Of a stretch of 64,000 nucleotides of DNA, positions 1 through 11,720 are shown in pieces. The translations under genes were made by a program, and so were the position numbers. This stretch comes from Balamuthia mandrillaris (Eukaryota). The stretch's first letter is position 1; each line of letters begins with the position of its first letter. The notes beneath the pieces are model-generated. The model was given only the letters and a program-made list of their open reading frames with translations, was not told where the DNA came from and searched no databases. The DNA is taken from contig JAVKOQ020000067.1 in assembly GCA_031835245.2 (NCBI GenBank), positions 124,001-188,000 of the forward strand, in the 5' to 3' direction.

Positions 1-1810
1 GATAGGAGCCGTGGAAGACATATTTGTTACAGTCTTTTCTTCACCGCTTTGTCCTAGAGCGGAAGAGGAAGAGGGAGAAGCTTGAAGAGCAAGATAAGAA
101 GCAAAAGAATGTTGCTCTTGAGGTGGTTGCTGTGGATGCTGTTGTTGGCTCCAACAAGGTTCTGTTTCTTGTTGTTGTTGTTGCTGCTGCTGTCGTAGTA
201 GCAGTTGGTAATAAAACCTGGCTTCCTCTTCACCTTCACCGCGGTCGTTGCCTGCTTCTTCTCTCTTGGTCGAGGGATCACAGCTGAACCGAACGGTGCG
301 AACGGAGGAGGAGGAGGAGGCGGTGGGGGAGGCGGGGAGAGAGCAGGAGGTGGCGCTGCCCTCAGCCGAGGAGGAATGGGGCGACCAGGTGTGCCAAGGG
401 TTGCTGTTCTTGCGCTTGGGCACGGACCGTTGCTGTTGCTGAAAGGAGGAGGAGGAGGGGAGGGCTCCCCAACTGTTGCGAGAGGAGGAGGCGCCGCCTT
501 CGGAGGGAGAAGAGGCCAAGGGGCTCTGTCCGCGTTGGTGACCGGCAGCGAGCGCGCCACCGAGTACTTGCTGTTGTGAGGAGAGTCGCTTCTTGAACAC
601 GACCGCTGCCGCGTTACTTCTTTCTCCGTTGTTGTTGTGGTTACTAATGGTTATTTATATTATTTAAATGAAGTTATAATTAGTATATATCAATAATAAA
701 CAGTTTTTAAGCGAGGGATAAGCGAAGCACAGCAAAGAGCCGAATGAGAGAGAGAGAGAAGAGAAAAGTTTAAAAGAACAAGGAGCGATCAATGTTTGCA
801 AGAAGAACAAGAAGAACAAGAACAAGAAGTGGAAGAAAACAAACAGAGAAGGAAAAAAACAAACAGAGAAGAAAAAAGTACCTTAAAAACTCGCCAGAGT
901 CTCTCCAACTCTCCTCGCCAAAGGCCTCCAAGGAAGACAAGGAGGATGAATATGAGGAGGAAGAGGAGAAGGAGGGTGAATAGGACTCGGAATCACTATT
1001 TACAAAGGAGTGTTCGTCATCGCTGTCCGTTTCTATCCCTCCTTCTTCCTCTCCTCCTCCTACGGAGGTCTCGCCAGGGGCCTTCTTGGTAAACCGTTTT
1101 CTACGAACGCCGCTCGAGAAAGAGATATGAGCATTGCGAAGTTGAAACGATGGACCGGCTTTGGGCTCACCGTCGTCGGAGGAAGACGGATAGGGAGCGG
1201 AATGATGTTGAGGAAGAGGTTGATGAGGGGCATGCTGAGGAGGAAGAGGAGGAAGCGGTTTTTTGGGTTGTGGGAACTGGCGTTGCCCTTGGAGCGGAGT
1301 CCGAACGCTTCCTTCGTTCCTATCGGGTCTGTTGTTGACAGGAGGAGGAGTGGGTCTGTTGTTGTTGTTGTTGTGGTTGTGGGTGGTGTTCGAATGGACC
1401 GCGTGGACAGGTTTTGCGGTAGGGGAAAGAGGAGTAGGACGAAGAGCAGCAAAGTAAGCAGAGGTTGGGGTGGGAGCAGAGGAAGAAAAAATTTGGTGGG
1501 TTGCGTCCAGAGAGGAGAAGGAAGGCGGGGAGGCGGGTGAACGGACAGGAAAGCCAGGAGAGGCCGGGCAGGACCTCTCCTCACCTTTGGGGCGAGAGAA
1601 GATGAAAGCGGCTCCGTGCTGAGCGGGGTTGGAGCTGCTGCTTGGAACGTCGTTGACGGAAAGGGCCGCTTCCACGGAACGGCGAAAGCCCACCGGGGAT
1701 TGAGGCAGGGAGACGGCGCCCGAGGAATGGGAGTGCAAGAAGGGGATTCTTCGGAGGGCGTTGGTCTTCTTTTCCTTCCTGGGGAGCTGAGGAGAGCCGT
1801 AAGGGTTCAT
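1..1810 (-). CDS. Low-complexity Ser/Pro/Gln-rich protein, 3' end runs off the window
   Basis: ATG at 1810 (MNPYGSPQLPRK), exon 1 to about 881, intron about 880-644, then a frame open to position 1 (NGERSNAAAVVFKKRLSS...ARFYYQLLLRQQQ). No domain recognised. Confidence 0.6.
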
Positions 1811-2204
1811 CTGGGGGAGAGGAGAGCAGTTCCTATCCTTCTCCAAAGGAAGGCAAGGAAAGCAAGATGTAAAAAAGAGGAGGCCTGCAGCACAGATCGG
1901 TCTCAACGGCTCTGAGGCTGTTCGCTCTGAATCGATTGCAACAGCACCTAAACCAAGGAAGGACGGTTTGCCTGTGGCTGAGGCTTTTTTTTCTGGGATT
2001 CAAGCTCAACTTTTTTTTAGACTTTTTGTTCCCTTTGGATGCTCAGCCGATAAACGGATGTTCTCTGCTTTCTTTTTCTTGCTTGGCGAATCGTTTCGGC
2101 CTTGGTGGTGTCCGTTGCGAAACAATACCTAACTTGGAAGGTGTGCACCGTTTTAGGGCATTGATTTTTTCACAGGTGCACGCCTAGTGTAGAACTTTTG
2201 CACA

Positions 2205-2271
2205 TGCTCTGTAGCTCAGTTGGTCAGTCTGACATACCACGGAGGTTGTTGGTTCGAACCCAACCAGAGAA
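2205..2271 (+). pseudogene. tRNA-like element (tRNA pseudogene or tRNA-derived SINE head)
   Basis: A box TAGCTCAGTTGG, perfect T arm GTTGG-TTCGAAC-CCAAC, acceptor stem TGCTCTG/CAGAGAA (6/7 pairs). The 3' half of the D stem and a proper anticodon arm are missing. Confidence 0.7.
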
Positions 2272-2479
2272 GATAATTTTTTCTAAATTATCCGTTTTAC
2301 GTTATTTTGTAGACATTTTTGATTTTTTATTGGAGGTAGATCGATGACTTTTGTGATCGTGCTATTTTTTTTGTGCGTAGTCGACAAACTAACCGAAACA
2401 AAAGAAAGGAAAGGTATTTTGCGGGGAATGAAAGCAGAGAGCGGCCACGAGTAGCGATTGACTGGTCGGTTGCTACCTT

Positions 2480-2519
<40 letters not shown>

Positions 2520-2676
2520 GTGCACTAACCACGCAGAGAGAACCTTTTACTTAATTATTTTATTTTATTTTTTTTTGTTTTCGCTCTCTCATTTTTTTTT
2601 TCGTCTCCAATCGAACGCTCATCAACCAAACCCAAAGCCCGCCACACAACACATTTTTTTTGTTAAACAAAATAAC

Positions 2677-3449
2677 ATGGATGCCTACGAACAATCGAAG
2701 AGAGACTTGATCCGCTCCCTGCTACCCTTTCAACAAAGGCTCAAAAACCTGCCCATCATCATCTTCTACAAATACCTTTACGAAAATGACAAGTCGCTGC
2801 TCGTGCGGGGCCTCATTGTCAACTACATCTTGCCCATGATCCTAGAGATTCTTCCCTTTTGGTTCGTTGAGCAAAGAAAACAACTATCTTTTCGCATTCA
2901 ACCCTTTTCTCTTCTCTCGTTCCTTGTCTCTCTTCTCATTCCCTCTTCTCCTTGGCGTTCTCGTTCTCTTCTCTTCATCGTGTTCTTCTTCTTCTTGTTG
3001 TTGTTGTTGTTGTTCTTCTTCAACTTCTTCTTCTTGTTCTTCTTCTTCTTCTTCTTCTGCTTCTTCTTGTTCTTCTTGTTCTTCTTGTTCTTCTTCTTCT
3101 TCTTCTTCTTCTTCTTCTCTTCGCTTGTGTTCCCTTGTCTGCTAACACGAGAGCTTTTGTAGGTGGGTGTCAAGTCGAAAGTTAGGCAATAGACTCCGCA
3201 AGACTCGCATCAAGCTCAATCACAACATGGTTCTCTCTCTCTCTCTCTCTTCTACTCCTTCGCACAGTTTGCTAACACGAAGCGAACCTTCAAATGAATA
3301 GGTGACAGGAAAAGAATTTAGAGGTTCAGTTGTTTTGGAGTTCCTCGTCTTGACCATTTTTCATGCTCTTCTCGATACGCTGAAGCGCCACCTGAAAAAC
3401 CGAGTTGTATCCTGATTTAATGCTCTCATTTACTGTTTCTCTCTCCCTC

Positions 3450-3486
<37 letters not shown>

Positions 3487-4082
3487 GCATTCCTTAGCGT
3501 TGCATTCTTTCTTCTTTTCGTTCAACAACAAAATCAATAGGCATTGGAGAATCGTTTCTTGATAAGACGGTTGGTGTTTGAGCGGTTGCTCTACAGCGAG
3601 ATGGGCGCTTTCGAGAAGCTCAGCTCACTCGATATTGAGTACAGAATATCAGCTGATATCAGTCAAACCCTCAATTTTTTCACCTTTACACTTCCGCAAA
3701 TCATGGGCTCTCTCTACGCTTTTGGTGAGCTTTTGTTGTCTCACTCCTCCCCTATTGTTCATATTTCTTTTTGCGTCGCTTATCGCTTTTCTGTCTTTGA
3801 AAAAAAGTTCGAGAAGGCTTTGAACTTTGGTACAGCCGAAAGAATGTCGATCCATTGGCATTGGCTCATCCCATAGTGGTGGGAATTGTTCGCAAGATCA
3901 TGGGCTACATCAAGTATCACTTTGTGGAGAAAAAGGAACGAGATGTCATCCATAAGACCAGAACAAAAATGTCTCGCCTGGTGACCAACGCTTTGGATGG
4001 TTTGGCAGACATTCAAGTAAATAACTTGCAGCAGCAACAACTTGAATTGTTAGACAAAATGATAAGTATGTTCCTTTTGGGC

Positions 4083-4115
<33 letters not shown>

Positions 4116-4785
4116 TTTGTTTGTTTGTTTGTTTGTTTGTTTGTTTGTTTGTTTGTTTGTTTGTTTGTTTGTTTGTTTGTTTGTTTGTTTGTTTGTTTGT
4201 TTGTTTGTTTGTTTGTTTGTTTGTTTGTTTGTTTGTTTGTTCGTTTGTTTGTTTGTTTGTTTGTTCGTTTGTTTGTTCGTTCATGGAAACGTGTTCCTAC
4301 AAACTCACTAACTATTTGTGTCCCAGAAATGGAACTGAACAACTCGCTTGGATTCAAGTCGATGGTAGCCAAGACGTGGAATCTCTTCAGTCATAGGAAC
4401 GTTCTAGAGTTTGTCGCAGAGATATATGTTGTGCATAAGGTCTTTATTTCCTTCTGCTACCAGTTTGGTCATTTGGTTTAGATTCCATTTTGAGTTTTAC
4501 TAATGCCATTAAACAGGTGATGCAGCGGCAACAAATCAGTCACGAAAGGTATGGAAAGATCCAGCACGACATTAACCGAGTTATGTACGTATTTTTTTTT
4601 AAACAAAACGCGTCTTGTCTTTTGTTAACTTGGTTTTTTGAACAGTCAATTAGCAAAACGCGTTTATGGTTTGCTGCGGATAACACGGAATATGTTAGAG
4701 TTTCAACAAGAAGTAGTGGAGTTGGTTAACATACCCAATTTTCTAGAAGAAGATCGAAAGCTGAAAACGTATTCCCTCCTCCCTG

Positions 4786-4822
<37 letters not shown>

Positions 4823-6917
4823 CACTCGCTTTTTCTAACTGTAACGTTTAGTATTGGTGAAGAGTTTAAAGAACTGCGCATAAAAAACCTTTTGTTCTCC
4901 TACAAGGATGACACGCCGCCTGCTTTAGACTTTTATGGCACTATCACTGTAATTAATTCCGCTGCTCTCTTCTTTTTCTTCAGTACTTTCGTTTACTCAT
5001 AGTGTGTTCAGTTTGAAGCAGGAAAGCATTATGCGCTAATTGGTCAAAACAGATCCGGCAAGTCTACGCTTTGTAAACTCATCTGCAAGCTCTATCAACC
5101 GCAGTTGGGCAGCATCAGCATCAACGGACTTAGCTATGAGGATATCTCTCGTATTTCTTTGAGGCGCTACATCACTTATCTCTCTCAGAAGCCGTTCTTG
5201 TTTCCTGGAACCATTCGAGACAACATTCGCATTGGCAATCCCAATGCTACAGAAGAAGAAGGTTTCTTTTCTTCTCTCTTTCTTTATTCTCCTTCTTCCT
5301 ATTCTGATCATTGTTGCATTTTCCTCGGCCTTCTCTGTTTAGTCTATCAAGCGGCATTAGCAGCAGGAGTGTTTGCCTACGGCAGCACAGACCTTGACGA
5401 CGTGGAAGGGTTTGACCACTTCGCCTCCTACCACAGCACAAGCTCTTTGTTCGGACGTGTCGGCAAAAGAGCGGACGGCCGTTTGTCGACCGCCCCGACA
5501 ACGAAAACATCGGAGGGAATGCGTCGTTCCGTTTCAATGGGCGACATTGCTTCTCTTCACAGAAAACGCAACACAACTGGAAGCGGTGGAGGAGTGGATG
5601 GCGTTCCGCCACTTCGCTTAGATACAATCTCCAAGTTTCGTTCGTTGACTGCTTTATCCCCTAGATACACTCTTGTACGATATCTTCTTGTTCTTCTTCT
5701 TCTTCTTCTTCTTCTTCTTCTTCTTCCTCTTTGAACATTTTTATTCAAACGTAATTTTTCTACTCTACAGCCAATACCGGAAGAAGAAGAAACAGAGAAC
5801 AAAGAATCAACTGTAAATAGCGATCGAACATCTGCCAATAACAATAAGAACAAAGATAAAGAAAAGGAAGAGGAGGAGGAGGAGCAACAACAACAAAACA
5901 ACGACGAAGAAGAAGACAGAGCAACGCTGGAGGAAATCGAGAAGTTCATCGAGGAGCGCGAACGACGCGAACGCCAAATGGAGGAACTGCGCGAGAAGGA
6001 GGAGATGGAGGAGAGCGAGGAGAGCAACAAGCACCAGCCCCTCCTCTATCGCGCCGCCAGTTTTATGTGGGAGGCCGAAACCGACGTGCACAGCTATTAC
6101 GCCAAGAAGAAGGACAAGAAGAAGAAAAAGAAGAAGAAGCTCAAGCATCAGCAACTGAACGACTCTGACTCTTTGTCCTCTCCCTCTTCCTCCTCTTCCC
6201 CTTCTTCTTCCAACTTCACCTCTTCCTCCAATTTTTCTTCGTTCTCCTCGTTCGCCTCCTCGCTGTTGGACATGAAACTGACCTCGAGGGGAGGGAACGT
6301 GTCGGGAGGGTTCGCGCAGAGCATCGCGCTGGCGAGGGTCTTTGTGAAGACGGACGCCAAGATCATCATTTTGGACGAGGCGCTCAGCCAGATGGATGCC
6401 TTCAAGAAGAGGGACATCATCTATCCGGCCTTGATGGAGTTTGTGAATCGGTGGGGCATGACCTTGATTGTTGTCTCGCATGATCTTCCCAGGTATCGTC
6501 TTTTTCTTTCCTTCTTTCTTTCTTTGTTGCTTGCACTAAACGGTGGGAAAAAAAAACAGCATACAAGGCATGGATAAGATCTATGTGCTGCACTTAGGCA
6601 AATTGGTGCATGCCGGCACGCACGAGGAGTTGATGAACGACAACGCGGAGCTCTACATGCAACTTGTGGGTCCGGGCAACAACAACCCAACAAGCCCTCG
6701 TGGCAGCATCAGCGGAAGCAGCGGCGGGGAAGGAAAGGAAGGGGACAATATCAGAAGACATCGCAGATATCACAGCATTACTACTCCGCGACGGGCTTCT
6801 TTCACAAGCGGCAGCAGCAGCAGCACCGGTGGAGAGGGAAATGGAGAAGAAAACGACAAGGAGGGGGAGGAGGAACATCCATCAGCGGAGACAGAAACGG
6901 AGAATAGTCAAAGCTGA
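2677..6917 (+). CDS. ABC transporter (TMD plus NBD, half-size), multi-exon, with a long insertion inside the NBD
   Basis: Walker A GQNRSGKST (about 5042), Q-loop YLSQKPFLFPGTIRDNI, signature VSGGFAQSIALAR, Walker B IIILDEA, H-loop VVSHD, hydrophobic N-terminal exons. Confidence 0.85.
4085..4281 (+). repeat. Intronic (GT)n-(GTTT)n microsatellite
   Basis: Directly visible tandem repeat inside an ABC-gene intron. Confidence 0.95.
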
Positions 6918-7181
6918 ATAACACCTGATGGCAAAGAGCTTTTCTTGTTCGTTTTCTTTCTTTTCATTGTTGTTTAAGGCACCACCTTAACCCGTTCCGG
7001 TCCAATCAGGAATCAAACAGCTGTTCAAACTGACCAATGGAAATTCAAACCTCTCAAATTTCGTTTAACTTTCGCGTAAATTTAAATTATACCCTAATAT
7101 AGATATAATATTTGATTCGTCAGATTTTCTCCGACAGAAAAAAAAAAAGAGAAAAGAAAGACAAACAAAAAAGAAAAGAGG

Positions 7182-9470
7182 ATGAGCGACGAGACCATTG
7201 ATTGTATAGTCGTTGGGGCTGGCCTTGCCGGCCTGCGAACTGCTTTGTCCCTTGTTGAAAACGGCCATTCCGTTTTGGTCTTGGAAGCACGAGAGGTATC
7301 CATCTTTTTTTTTTTCAGCAGCAAAAAACAAAAAGATTTCGTTTTCGCTACGTTTTTTTTTTGATTCGAATGCAGAATTTTATTTTTTTCAATCCATGAT
7401 GACCCAACTATGTTGTTTTTTTTTTTTTTGTATAGCGAGTTGGTGGACGAACATGTACCGTGAATGTTGGCGGCGAATATTGGGACATGGGAGGGACGTG
7501 GATCGGCGCCAAGCAACCCAACGTCACCCGCTTGCTGGAACGGTTCGGCATTCAGACGTACTCGCAGTACGATGAGGGCAAGCACATACTCTCCATCCAC
7601 GGCAAGAAGGTCCTTTACACTGGAAACATCTCCTCGTTGAACAGTGACTATGAGGAGCTTGACAAAGTGGTTGCTGAGTGGGACAAACTTATGCTTGAGG
7701 TTCTCCCCTCTCTTGTTCTCCTTCTTTATCTGCTCTTAGTCCTGTTCTCCTGCTTCTTCTGCTTCTGCTTCTGCTTCTTCTGCTTCTTGTTCTCCTTCTT
7801 GTTCTTGTTCTTCATCTTGTTCGTGTGTTTCTTCTTCTTCTTCTTCTTCTTCTTCTTCTTCTTCTTCTTCTTCTTCTTCTTCTTCTTCTTCTTCTTCTAT
7901 TGGCTGGCTTGTTCTTGTTCTTGTTCTTCTTCTTCTTTTCGTTGTTGTTCTTGTTCTTGTTCTTCTTCTTCTGACTCTATATCAATGAACAGGTTCCGTT
8001 GGAACGTCCTCAAGACGCGATTAAGGCGGAGGAGTGGGACGCCATCAGCATGGCTCAGTGGGAAAAGGATAACATGAAAAACGACGCGGCTATACATCTT
8101 CTTAACTTCATCATTCGCACTGTGTTCGCTTCGGAGCCTTCACAAATTTCATTTTTGTTTTTCCTCTGGTTCTTACGGTCTGGTAAGTAGCAACGTCATC
8201 CCTTTTTTCTGTTGTTCTCGCGCTTTCCCTCTCTGTCTTATTCTCTTGTGTCTTCAATTATTGATCGAATATTTGTTTGTGTTGGCGAATAGGACACGGT
8301 TACACTTGTCTATCGGACATTCGTGGCGGAGCCCAACAATCCAAAGTTGTAGGCGGAGCGCAAAGTATAAGTGATGCCATGGCCATGTACGTTCATATCT
8401 CCTGTTTAAAATCCTTTCGTTTCGCGGCCTTGTTTTAATCCGCCTATCTCTTCTTTTTTTGAACAGTGAATTGGGAACAAGAGTCTTGTTAAATGCTCCT
8501 GTACGCAAAATCTTCCAGTGGGATGGAGGTGTTGTTGTTCATTCTGATATTGGTGTATTTAGGGCTAAATACGTAGTTGTTGCCATTCCTGTACGTAGTT
8601 TCTCTATTTCTTTTTCGAAGCTGAAACATTTTCCTTTTTCTTTGTTTTGCATTTCTGATCCCTTTCTCTTCAAAGCCACAATTGGCGGGTGCTATAACGT
8701 ACGAACCAGGCCTTCCGGGTATGCGCGACCAACTCACGCAGCGCATGCCTATGGGCTGCGTTATCAAGGTTTGCTTTCTTTACCTCCGCCCTTTCTCAAG
8801 AGTTCTCTAGCCTGTTTGTTCTTTTGTCTTTCTTACTGTTATGCTTTTTACAGGTTTATGCAATTTATTCGCGGCCATTTTGGAGAGAAAAGGGATTCAG
8901 CGGGGAAGTATTAACCACCTCTCCTCCTTGCTGCCTCTACTACGACGCCACCGGTCCCGACTCTTCCTCTTCTTCCTCTTCTTCCTCCTCGTCCTCCAAA
9001 GCTGCTTTAGTCGGTTTTCTCGCCGGTGATGCCGCCGTCAAATGGAGCGGAAGAGAGGAGGAACTTTATGACACCGTCAAACAGCAGTTGGCTGAATTAT
9101 TTGGAGAGGAGGCCGGTTCGCCGCTGCAAATCATTCACAAGGATTGGTTATTGGAACCCTGGTCTAGGGGATGTTATGTTGGTGTGATGTCTACTGGCAT
9201 GCTTTCTTCCTTTGGAAAAGGTTTCTTTGCTTCTCCTTATCCTCGGCTACCCCCTCCATCTTTACTTATCAATTTTATTTATGAAACAAAAAAACCACAG
9301 CATTGAGAGAACCGGTGGGAAGAATCCATTGGGCGGGCACTGAGACGGCAACGCGTTGGGTGGGATACATGGAGGGAGCGCTGGAGTCCGGCGAGAGAGC
9401 TGCCACTGAACTACATGACTTGCTCGCGATCGAGGAACGCAAGAGCTATTCCTACTCTGCCAAGCTGTAG
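7182..9470 (+). CDS. Flavin-containing monoamine oxidase family protein with C-terminal PTS1 (-AKL)
   Basis: VVGAGLAG dinucleotide motif, [50 protein letters not shown]. Last exon ends YSAKL*. Confidence 0.92.
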
Positions 9471-9649
9471 AAGCATAACGAGTTCCTTTCCTTTCCTTTC
9501 CTTTTTTTTTTTCACTCTTCTTTCTTTCTGTTTTTCTTTTGTCACAAAGACGTCTTCTTTTTTGTTTTCTGCTTTTTCTTTTGTTAAAAAAAAGACTTCT
9601 TTCTTATTCGATCACATGTTTTTTTTTAATCTCACCAACTAACACACAC

Positions 9650-11463
9650 TCACAAGTACATCCGAGAACTATAGAAAGGCGCGAGCTGAGAAGCATTACC
9701 GCCATCTCCACCATCACCGTCTCCTCCATCAGTACTGTCACTACCATCACCACTTCCATCTCCTTCTCCATCGTTGTTACTTCCATCTCCGCCAGGAAAA
9801 TCGGAAGTACCTTCGAAATGGTCGGCGATGACCTGGGCCACCAGCTTGGCGCTCAGCTCGTTGGGCGTGGCGCCCCCGTCGGAGATGCTGAACACGCCGA
9901 ACCATTCCTCATTGCCGCGGAGGTCCTCAAAGTTGGGGTTGTCGCTTCCCCAATCGCAAGTATCATGAACATCATTGTCTTTTTGTTGAACGACACCGTT
10001 ATTTTAGTTCTCGATGAGGAGGAGGAGGAAGAAGAAGAAGAAGAAGAAGAAGAAGAAGAAGAAGAAGAAGAAGAAGAAGAAGAAGAAGAAGAACAAGAAG
10101 AAGAAGAAGAAGAAGAAGAAGAAGAAAGAAGAAGAAGAACAAAGAAGAACAAGAAGAAGAACAAGAAGAAGAAGAAGAAAGAACAAGAAGAACAAGAAGA
10201 AGAAGAAGAAGAACAAGAAGAACAGAAAGAGAAGAACAAGAAGAAGAAGAAGAACAAAGAAGAAAGAAAGAAGAAGAACAAGAAGAGAGAAGAAGAAGAA
10301 CAAGAAGAAGAAGAAGAAGAAGAACAAGAAGAAGAAGAACAAGAAGAAGAAGAAGAAGAAGAAGAAGAAGAAGAAGAAGAACAAGAAGAAGAAGAAGAAG
10401 AAGAACAAGAACAAGAACAAGAAGAACAAGAAGAAGAACAAGAAGAACAAGAAGAAGAAGAACAAGAAGAAGAAGAACATGAACATGACGTACTTCCACA
10501 TTTCCACCATTCATCAGAGTAAGCAAAGATGATGCCGCCAGAGACGTAGGCGAGGTTGTCCTCGCTGTACATTTCCTCCAGGTTGCGTTGCACATGGTCG
10601 GCCTGCATCTGCTGGTCCTCGGCTTGGTTGCCGTAGTGCCAGGAGTCGAGGCCGAACTCGGTGATGACGATGGGCTTGTCGGTCACCGCCGCTATCTCAG
10701 CAAACAGCTCCCCATACTCGGCGAGGTAGAGCTGAGGGGAGAGAAAGCCGATGTCGCTCATGTCGTCCAGCTGGCTCAGTTGAGAGACCAACTCCGCTGC
10801 GAGGATCATAATCCAGGGTTAAGCATGTAACAATAAATAAGAAAGAAAAATACCTGTTTGTAGGAAGGTTGTGGTGACGGGGTGCGTGGAGTACCCAAGA
10901 CGAGTTTCCTCATCGTGGATCGTTATCGCCAGCTCATTCACGTTATTCAGCAGGTTCTCGAACTCTCCCTCGTTGTTGTTCTGCTCATTGCCAACAATCC
11001 AGCCGCAAAGAACAGGATGGTCGGCCACTCCCTGAACCATCTCCTTGACATTGTCCTTGTGCCCTTCGTTCAACGTGCCGAAGAGGTTCGAAGGACCGTC
11101 CAACCAGGGCAAGTAGCTCACGAACAAGCAGGTGATGCCGGCCTCGTCCAAAGCGTCCATGAACGCGGAGTGGTCTCCAGGGTCCCACCAGTCGTATATC
11201 CGCACTGTATTCACCCCCAAAGCGACCATGTTGGGGATGTCGCGGCTCCAGATGGGCTCGTTGGCGGCATCGAACCAGTCTCCGGGGCCTTCGCCAACTG
11301 GCACAGGATGGTAGTTGATGCCTTTGACGAGGAAGGGTTTGCCATCGACCAGGAGCTTGTTGCCGTTGGTGGTGACCTCTCGGGCTCGGATGCCAGGGAG
11401 AAGGACGAGGGCAGCGGACACCAAGAGGAACAACAAGAGAGGCAGCGGCGGGTGTCGGACCAT
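9650..11463 (-). CDS. Secreted clan GH-A glycoside hydrolase (GH2-like TIM barrel), 3 exons
   Basis: Signal peptide MVRHPPLPLLLFLLVSAALVLLPGIRA; FLVKGINYHP, GVNTVRIY, acid/base VGNE, nucleophile ITEFG, NEEWFG; Gly/Asp-rich tail. Confidence 0.85.
10015..10482 (-). repeat. About 470-bp (TTC/TTG)n microsatellite filling an intron
   Basis: GAA/CAA run on the + strand between the GH donor (about 10491) and acceptor (about 9979). Confidence 0.95.
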
Positions 11464-11720
11464 TGTTCGTTTTTGTTTTTTTTTTTGACTAATGCTCGCG
11501 CTATCCAAAATTGTCTCCCAGCCAACTTTTTTATTGGGGGGTTCATTCATTCATTCATGGGTAATGCATTAGGCGAAAAATCCTCCCACGAAAAAGAAAA
11601 TTGTCCTCGCAACAAATTTATTACAAAAAATTGCAATAATGTCGCCTTCGCCCCGTTCGATTCTTCAGAATAAATTATCGCTCGAAAAAAATATTCATCA
11701 TTTTGTGGATTTAATTCGAT

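Noticed and set aside
54..560. Poly-Pro ORF suggesting a formin/WASP-like protein
   Set aside because: Shadow frame. Splice phase supports the other frame, which stays open to the window edge.
9539..10595. Long poly-E/K/F/L/S ORFs (also at 2867-3185, 3946-4396, 33016-33866, 43547-44118)
   Set aside because: Translations of intronic microsatellites.
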